Position numbers and translations under genes: made by a program
Shown here: positions 57,008 to 64,000 of the stretch, piece after piece
Layout of the letters: each line of letters starts with the position of its first letter
How positions within the stretch are numbered: position 1 is the first letter of the stretch
Assembly: GCA_002269645.1 (NCBI GenBank)
Contig: NIVC01002190.1
Location: 62,001-126,000 of the forward strand
Source: Macrostomum lignano
Lineage: Eukaryota
Direction: 5' to 3'
Length of the DNA stretch: 64,000 nt
The notes under the pieces: generated by a model
Told to the model about the DNA's origin: nothing
Database searches by the model: none
Seen by the model: the letters and a program-made list of their open reading frames with translations, nothing else

Positions 57008-60000
57008 ATGAGCGGCCGAATGCGTTCAGTTGCCATGGCAACCGTTGGCATTGGCGCCGTAACTGCGGCGGCCGCCACGGTAGCGACGTCGTCGGTCCCG
57101 CCGCAGGGCGCCGGCTGGTTCCGGTTCGCCAACACGGCGCGGCACGGCGCTGTGGTGGCGCTGGACTACAAGCTCAGCCTGCTGCTCCTGACCGAGGGCT
57201 CGCCTGAGTACGACCGCGCCCTGCACCGCTGCCACTCCCGGGCCGCCGACCGCATCCTGGCCGGCTGTCTGCAGAACGGCGGCCTGTACATCAAGCTGGG
57301 CCAGGGCCTGTGCGCCATGAACCACATCCTGCCCGCTGAGTACGGCGCCAAGCTGCGCCTGCTGCAGAACGAGGCGCTGCGAAGGAAGAAGCACGACCTG
57401 GACCGGATCTTCGCCGAGGATTTGGGCACATCGCCGGAGGCCGCCTTCGCTAGCTTCGATCGGCAGCCGTGCGCCTCGGCTAGCATTGCCGATGTGCACC
57501 GGTGCGAAAGGGGTGTTACCGGGGCAGGTGGCAGGTGGCAGGGGTGCGTGTAATTAGAGCAGGTGATAATTGATGTCAGTGCGGGTAATTGGGGCAGGTG
57601 ATAATTGATGTCAGTGCGGGGGTGCGGGTAATTAGAGCAGGTGATAATTGATGTCATTGTGGGGTGCGAGTAATTAGGGCAGGTGATAATTGATGTTAGT
57701 CTGAGGTGCGGGTAATTAGGGCAGGTGATAATTGATGTCATTGTGGGGGTGCGGGTAATTAGAGCAGGTGATAATTGATGTCATTGTGGGGTGCGGGTAA
57801 TTAGGGCAGGTGATAATTGATGTCAGTGCGGGGGTGCGGGTAATTAGAGCAGGTGATAATTGATGTCAGTGTGGGGTGCGGGTAATTAGGGCAGGTGATA
57901 ATTGATGTCAGTGCGGGTAATTGGGGCAGGTAATAATTGATGTCATTGTGGGGTGCGGGTAATTAGGGCAGGTGATAATTGATGTCATTGTGGGGTGCGA
58001 GTAATTAGGGCAGGTGATAATTGATGTTAGTCTGAGGTGCGGGTAATTAGGGCAGGTGATAATTGATGTTAGTCTGGGGTGCAGGTAATTAGGGCAGGTG
58101 ATAATTGATGTCAGTGTGGGGTGCGGGTAATTAGGGCAGGTGATAATTGATGTCAGTGCGGGTAATTGGGGCAGGTAATAATTGATGTTAGTGTGGGGTG
58201 CGGGTAATTAGAGCAGGTGATAATTGATGTCATTGTGGGGTGCGAGTAATTAGGGCAGGTGATAATTGATGTTAGTCTGAGGTGCGGGTAATTAGGGCAG
58301 GTGATAATTGATGTCAGAGCGGGTAATTAGGGCAGGTAATAATTGATGTTAGTGTGGGGTGCGGGTAATTAGGGCAGGTGATAATTGATGTCAGTGCGGG
58401 TAATTGGGGCAGGTGATAATTGATGTCATTGTGGGGTGCGGGTAATTAGGGCAGGTGATAATTGATGTCATTGTGGGGTGCGGGTAATTAGGGCAGGTGA
58501 TAATTGATGTCATTGTGGGGTGCGAGTAATTAGGGCAGGTGATAATTGATGTTAGTCTGAGGTGCGGGTAATTAGGGCAGGTGATAATTAATGTCATTGT
58601 GGGGGTGCGGGTAATTAGAGCAGGTGATAATTGATGTCATTGTGGGGTGCGGGTAATTAGGGCAGGTGATAATTGATGTCAGTGTGGGGGTGCGGGTAAT
58701 TAGAGCAGGTGATAATTGATGTCAGTGTGGGGTGCGGGTAATTAGGGCAGGTGATAATTGATGTCAGTGCGGGTAATTAGGGCAGGTGATAATTGATGTC
58801 AGTGCGGGGGTGCGGGTAATTAGAGCAGGTGATAATTGATGTCAGTGTGGGGTGCGGGTAATTAGGGCAGGTGATAATTGATGTCAGTGCGGGTAATTGG
58901 GGCAGGTAATAATTGATGTCATTGTGGGGTGCGGGTAATTAGGGCAGGTGATAATTGATGTCATTGTGGGGTGCGAGTAATTAGGGCAGGTGATAATTGA
59001 TGTTAGTCTGGGGTGCAGGTAATTAGGGCAGGTGATAATTGATGTCAGTGTGGGGTGCGGGTAATTAGGGCAGGTGATAATTGATGTCAGTGCGGGTAAT
59101 TGGGGCAGGTAATAATTGATGTTAGTGTGGGGTGCGGGTAATTAGAGCAGGTGATAATTGATGTCATTGTGGGGTGCGAGTAATTAGGGCAGGTGATAAT
59201 TGATGTTAGTCTGAGGTGCGGGTAATTAGGGCAGGTGATAATTGATGTCAGAGCGGGTAATTAGGGCAGGTAATAATTGATGTTAGTGTGGGGTGCGGGT
59301 AATTAGGGCAGGTGATAATTGATGTCAGTGCGGGTAATTGGGGCAGGTGATAATTGATGTCATTGTGGGGTGCGGGTAATTAGGGCAGGTGATAATTGAT
59401 GTCATTGTGGGGTGCGGGTAATTAGGGCAGGTGATAATTGATGTCATTGTGGGGTGCGAGTAATTAGGGCAGGTGATAATTGATGTTAGTCTGAGGTGCG
59501 GGTAATTAGGGCAGGTGATAATTAATGTCATTGTGGGGTGCGGGTAATTAGAGCAGGTGATAATTGATGTCATTGTGGGGTGCGGGTAATTAGGGCAGGT
59601 GATAATTGATGTCAGTGTGGGGGTGCGGGTAATTAGAGCAGGTGATAATTGATGTCAGTGTGGGGTGCGGGTAATTAGGGCAGGTGATAATTGATGTCAG
59701 TGCGGGTAATTAGGGCAGGTGATAATTGATGTCAGTGCGGGGGTGCGGGTAATTAGAGCAGGTGATAATTGATGTCAGTGTGGGGTGCGGTAATTAGGGC
59801 AGGTGATAATTGATGTCAGTGCGGGTAATTAGGGCAGGTGATAATTGATGTCAGTGCGGGGGTGCGGGTAATTAGAGCAGGTGATAATTGATGTCATTGT
59901 GGGGTGCGAGTAATTAGGGCAGGTGATAATTGATGTTAGTCTGAGGTGCGGGTAATTAGGGCAGGTGATAATTGATGTCATTGTGGGGGTGCGGGTAATT

Positions 60001-63000
60001 AGAGCCGGTGATAATTGATGTCATTGTGGGGTGTGGGTAATTAGGGCAGGTGATAATTGATGTCAGTGCGGGGGTGCGGGTAATTAGAGCAGGTGATAAT
60101 TGATGTCAGTGTGGGGTGCGGGTAATTAGGGCAGGTGATAATTGATGTCAGTGCGGGTAATTGGGGCAGGTGATAATTGATGTCAGTGCGGGGGTGCGGG
60201 TAATTAGAGCAGGTGATAATTGATGTCATTGTGGGGTGCGAGTAATTAGGGCAGGTGATAATTGATGTTAGTCTGAGGTGCGGGTAATTAGGGCAGGTGA
60301 TAATTAATGTCATTGTGGGGGTGCGGGTAATTAGAGCAGGTGATAATTGATGTCAGTGTGGGGTGCGGGTAATTAGGGCAGGTGATAATTGATGTCAGTG
60401 CGGGTAATTGGGGCAGGTGATAATTGATGTCAGTGCGGGGGTGCGGGTAATTAGAGCAGGTGATAATTGATGTCATTGTGGGGTGCGAGTAATTAGGGCA
60501 GGTGATAATTGATGTTAGTCTGAGGTGCGGGTAATTAGGGCAGGTGATAATTGATATTAGTCTGGGGTGCAGGTAATTAGGGCAGGTGATAATTGATGTC
60601 AGTGTGGGGTGCGGGTAATTACGGCAGGTGATAATTGATGTCAGTGCGGGTAATTAGGGCAGGTAATAATTGATGTCAGTGTGGGGTTCGGGTAATTAGG
60701 GCAGGTAATAATTGATGCCAGCTGGGGTGCTGGTAATTAAAGCAGGTGATTATTGATATCAGTGTGGTGTGCGGGTAATTAGGGCTGGTGATACTTATAG
60801 TCAGTTGAAGGTGTGTGCTAATATAACAGGTAATAGTTGATAAAATCTGGGTGTGTCTACATGTAATTGGAGCCGTTAAAACTGATTGCCTAATTTGGTT
60901 GAGCATGAATTACAATAATATAATCATCCAATATTTTGCAGCGCTGTGACCCAGTCTGGCCAGCCCGTGGCAGTCAAGGTGCAGCACGGCGACCTGCGCG
61001 GCCGCTTCCCCTCGGACATTCGCACCCTGGAGCTGCTGCTGCGATTCGTCGGCCTGCTGCACCCGGACTTCAATTTCGCCTGGGTGCTGGCCGATCTCAA
61101 GGACACCCTCGCTCAGGAGTTGGACTTCGAGAATGAGGCGGCCAACGCTGAGCGATGCGCGACCGATTTGAAAGGGCTGGCCGCGGTCCCGAGGGTGCAC
61201 CGGGGACTCATCAGCAAGAGAGTGCTCACCATGGACTGGATTGACGGCGTCAAGGTGAGCGCTGAGCTTCGAGAGTTGGGGAAGCGGTTAAAAAGAGAAG
61301 AGATGAATTGAGGGGAGCGAAGAGATTAAGGGAGGGGAGAGAAGGAATGAAGGGAGGGGAGAGAAGAGATGAAGGGAGGGGGGAGAGGGGATGAAGAGAG
61401 GGGAGAGAAGAGATGAAGGGAGGGGGGAGAAGGGATGAAGGGAGGGGGAGAGGGGATGAAGAGAGGGGAGAGAAGGAATGAAGGGAGGGGAGAGAAGAGA
61501 TGAAGGGAGGGGGAGAAGAGATGAAGGGAGGGGAGAGAAGAGATGAAGGGAGGGGAGAGAAGAGATGAAGGGAGGGGAGAAAGGAGATGAAGTCAGAGGA
61601 GAGAAGAGTTTCAGGATAGAGAACTCAGTTGAGCAGTCAATAAAGACTCCATCCGGTCTCGCCCCCGGCGCAGATCAACGACAAAGCCGGCATTCAGTCG
61701 CTGGGCCTGTCGCTCACCGACGTCGACAACCAGCTGGTGCGAGTCTCGGCCCGCCAGATCTTCGGCACCGGCTTCGTCCACGCCGACCCGCACCCGGGCA
61801 ACATTCTGGTGCGCAGGTCGGCAACGCGGCCCGGCAGGCCGGAGCTGGTGGTGCTGGACCACGGCCTGTACCAGCGGCTGAGCGAGTCGGAGCGCCTGGG
61901 GCTCTCCAGGCTGTACGCCGCGGCGCTGTGGCAGGACGATGCGGCGGCGAAGGCGTACGCCGCCGAGTTGGGCGTGTCGGACCATCGGACCCTGTGCGAG
62001 ATCCTGCTACAGCGGCCCGTGCTGAGCGGCGCCGGAGCGGCCAGGTCGCTTGCTTTTTTATGCTTGAGTCTTGAGTCTCCCTAGTCTCACATTGGTCTTA
62101 CCTTTCAGTCACCACAGTCTCACCTTAGTCTCGACTTTCAATCTCACCTCAGTCTCATCTCAGTCTCACCTTTTAATCTCACCCCAGGCTCAACTTTTTA
62201 GTTTCATCCCAATTTCACTTTTCAATCACCTTAGTCTCACCTTTCAGTCTCACCACAGTCTCACCTTAGTCTTATCTTTCAATCTCACCCCAGTCTCACC
62301 TTTCAATCTCATTCGAGTCTCACCTTTCAGTCTCATCTCAGTCTCACCTTTTAATCTCACCCAGGCTCAACTTTTAGTTTCATCCCAATTTCACTTTTCA
62401 ATCACCTTAGTCTCACCTTTCAGTCTCACCCTAGTATCACCTTTAAATCTCACCCCAGTCTCACCTCTTAATCGCAACTAAGACGTCTGTCTTGATCTCA
62501 CCCTCGGTCATCTTTTGATATAATCTTCATCTCATTTGTCTTGATGTTTTTCTCACATTTTTGCGCGTCTTTTTTAGTCTCACTACAGAGCTCATTGCAC
62601 TGTTCCCTCCGCCACCCACCTTGGCAGGCGCCTGTTCCACGTGCACCACATGACCCCGGAGGAGCGGCGCTACATGGTGCAGATGGCGTCGGAGCGATTC
62701 GACCAGATCATGGCCACCCTGCGCCAGATGCCCAAGTCGCTGCTGCTCTGCATTCGCAACATTAATACTGTGCGCTCTGTGCTGCAGGTGAGCGCTGAGC
62801 TGATTGCGGCTCTCTTCCCCTCCCTCTTCTCTTCCCCTCTCTCGTCTCTTCCCCTCCCTCGTCTCTTCCCCTCCCTCTTCTCTTCCCCTTTTCTCTTCCC
62901 CTCCCTCTTCTCTTCCCCTCCCTCGTCTCTTCCCCTCCTTCCTCTCTTCACCTCCCTCTTCTCTTCCCCTCCCTCTTCTCTTCCCCTCCCTCCTCTCTTC

Positions 63001-63681
63001 CCCTCTCTCTTCTCTTCCCCTCCCTCGTCTCTTCCCCTCCCTCCTCTCTTCCCCTCCCTCTTCTCTTCCCCTCCCTCCTCTCTTCCCCTCCCTCTTCTCT
63101 TCCCCTTTTCTCTTCCCCTCCCTCGTCTCTTCCCCTCCCTCTCCTCTTCCCCTCCCTCCTCTCTTCCCCTCTCTCGTCTCTTCCCCTCCCTCCTCTCTTC
63201 CCCTCTCTCGTCTCTTCCCCTCCCTCCTCTCTCCCCCTCCCTCTCTTCCCCTCTCTCGTCTCTTCCCCTCTCTCGTCTCTTCCCCTCTCTCGTCTCTTCC
63301 CCTCCCTCGTCTCTTCCCCTCCCTCCTCTCTTCCCCTCCCTCCTCTCTTCCCCTCTCTCCTCTCTTCCCCTCCCTCCCTCCTCTCTGCCTAAGTGTGTCA
63401 ATCGCAAAGCGCTGGCAACCGCCCTCCAGGACCATGGCCACCCGATGAACCGCTACCCGGTGATGTTCGCCGCTGCCCTTCGCGGCCAGTTCCCCGACCG
63501 CCTGCGCTGGCCGGACCGCCTCCGCCTCGGCTGGCTGCTGGCCGCCGCCTGGCTGCGCCTGCTGGCCGACCGGCTGGTGGCCGGGCTGGCCGCCTTCTAC
63601 CTGAGCCGCTTCGCGCCGGAGGCGAGCGCCGCGATAGCCAAGACGGCGGCCAAGACCAGCGAGGCGCTTGGCGGGGTCTGA
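57008..63681 (+). CDS. ADCK5: AarF/UbiB-domain atypical kinase ADCK5
   Basis: Exons 57008-57501, 60942-61254, 61674-62044, 62628-62787, 63430-63681; phases 2,0,2,0 match. [17 protein letters not shown] (ADCK5-type rather than ADCK1), [38 protein letters not shown]. Confidence 0.92.
57550..60790. repeat. 42/35-bp minisatellite GGGTAATTAGGGCAGGTGATAATTGATGTCAGTGTGGGGTGC filling ADCK5 intron 1
   Basis: ~3.2 kb of tandem units with higher-order duplications. Confidence 0.97.
61310..61590. repeat. Purine-rich (GA) minisatellite in ADCK5 intron 2
   Basis: GAAGGGAGGGGAGAGAAGAGAT-like units. Confidence 0.92.
62075..62470. repeat. Degenerate CAGTCTCACCTT-based repeat in ADCK5 intron 3
   Basis: Direct. 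Confidence 0.88.
62812..63385. repeat. Pyrimidine-rich (CT) minisatellite in ADCK5 intron 4
   Basis: CTCTTCCCCTCCCTC(CT/TT/GT)CT-like units. Confidence 0.93.
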
Positions 63682-64000
63682 CATGCCTGCCGCTGCGTCG
63701 CTGACCTCAGGGATGATTTAGTGTAGTATATTTGTCAGACCATGAAGCGCTGCAAGTTAAGCATAGTCTATCGCGGTTAGTATGCAGCTAAAATAGGCTC
63801 CTTGCGTCACCGTCACTTCTCCAGCGAGCGTGAAAATGTTAGTTAATCACAGTTTCACCGGCTTTGAAGTATAACAAATCACCAGAACAAGTCCATCAAC
63901 CCAGTGCAAAGAAAACTCGGTTTGATATCTGTGAAACCTTTCTGAACCAACCCTATAGTATCTATTAATTATAGCTTCCCATGCCGTTCGTAGTTGAATT

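Overview
Eukaryotic (animal) genomic DNA. GC3-rich exons are separated by introns packed with mini- and microsatellites; this style resembles a Macrostomum-type free-living flatworm (inference, not tested). Six spliced genes could be assembled by hand from GT-AG junctions with consistent phases. On the minus strand: a divergent semaphorin-like gene (3' end unresolved), a K2P potassium channel (5' end unresolved), a two-exon MYND-finger protein, and an hnRNP F/H-like protein with four qRRMs. On the plus strand: a MAGI scaffold and the ADCK5 kinase. Mobile DNA: a dead Ty1/copia element with 106-bp LTRs inserted in a minisatellite, with an IS630/Tc1-like deletion derivative nested in its 5' LTR; two tRNA-derived SINEs with TSDs; a hAT-type MITE carrying a minisatellite; a foldback MITE; and a decayed Crypton tyrosine-recombinase element. 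The most striking unexplained structure is a ~10-kb AT-rich, nearly CpG-free, AGGCCT-rich domain between the head-to-head hnRNP and MAGI genes. The Crypton ORF inside it is broken only by transition-type stop codons. All calls are by eye; no database searches were run.
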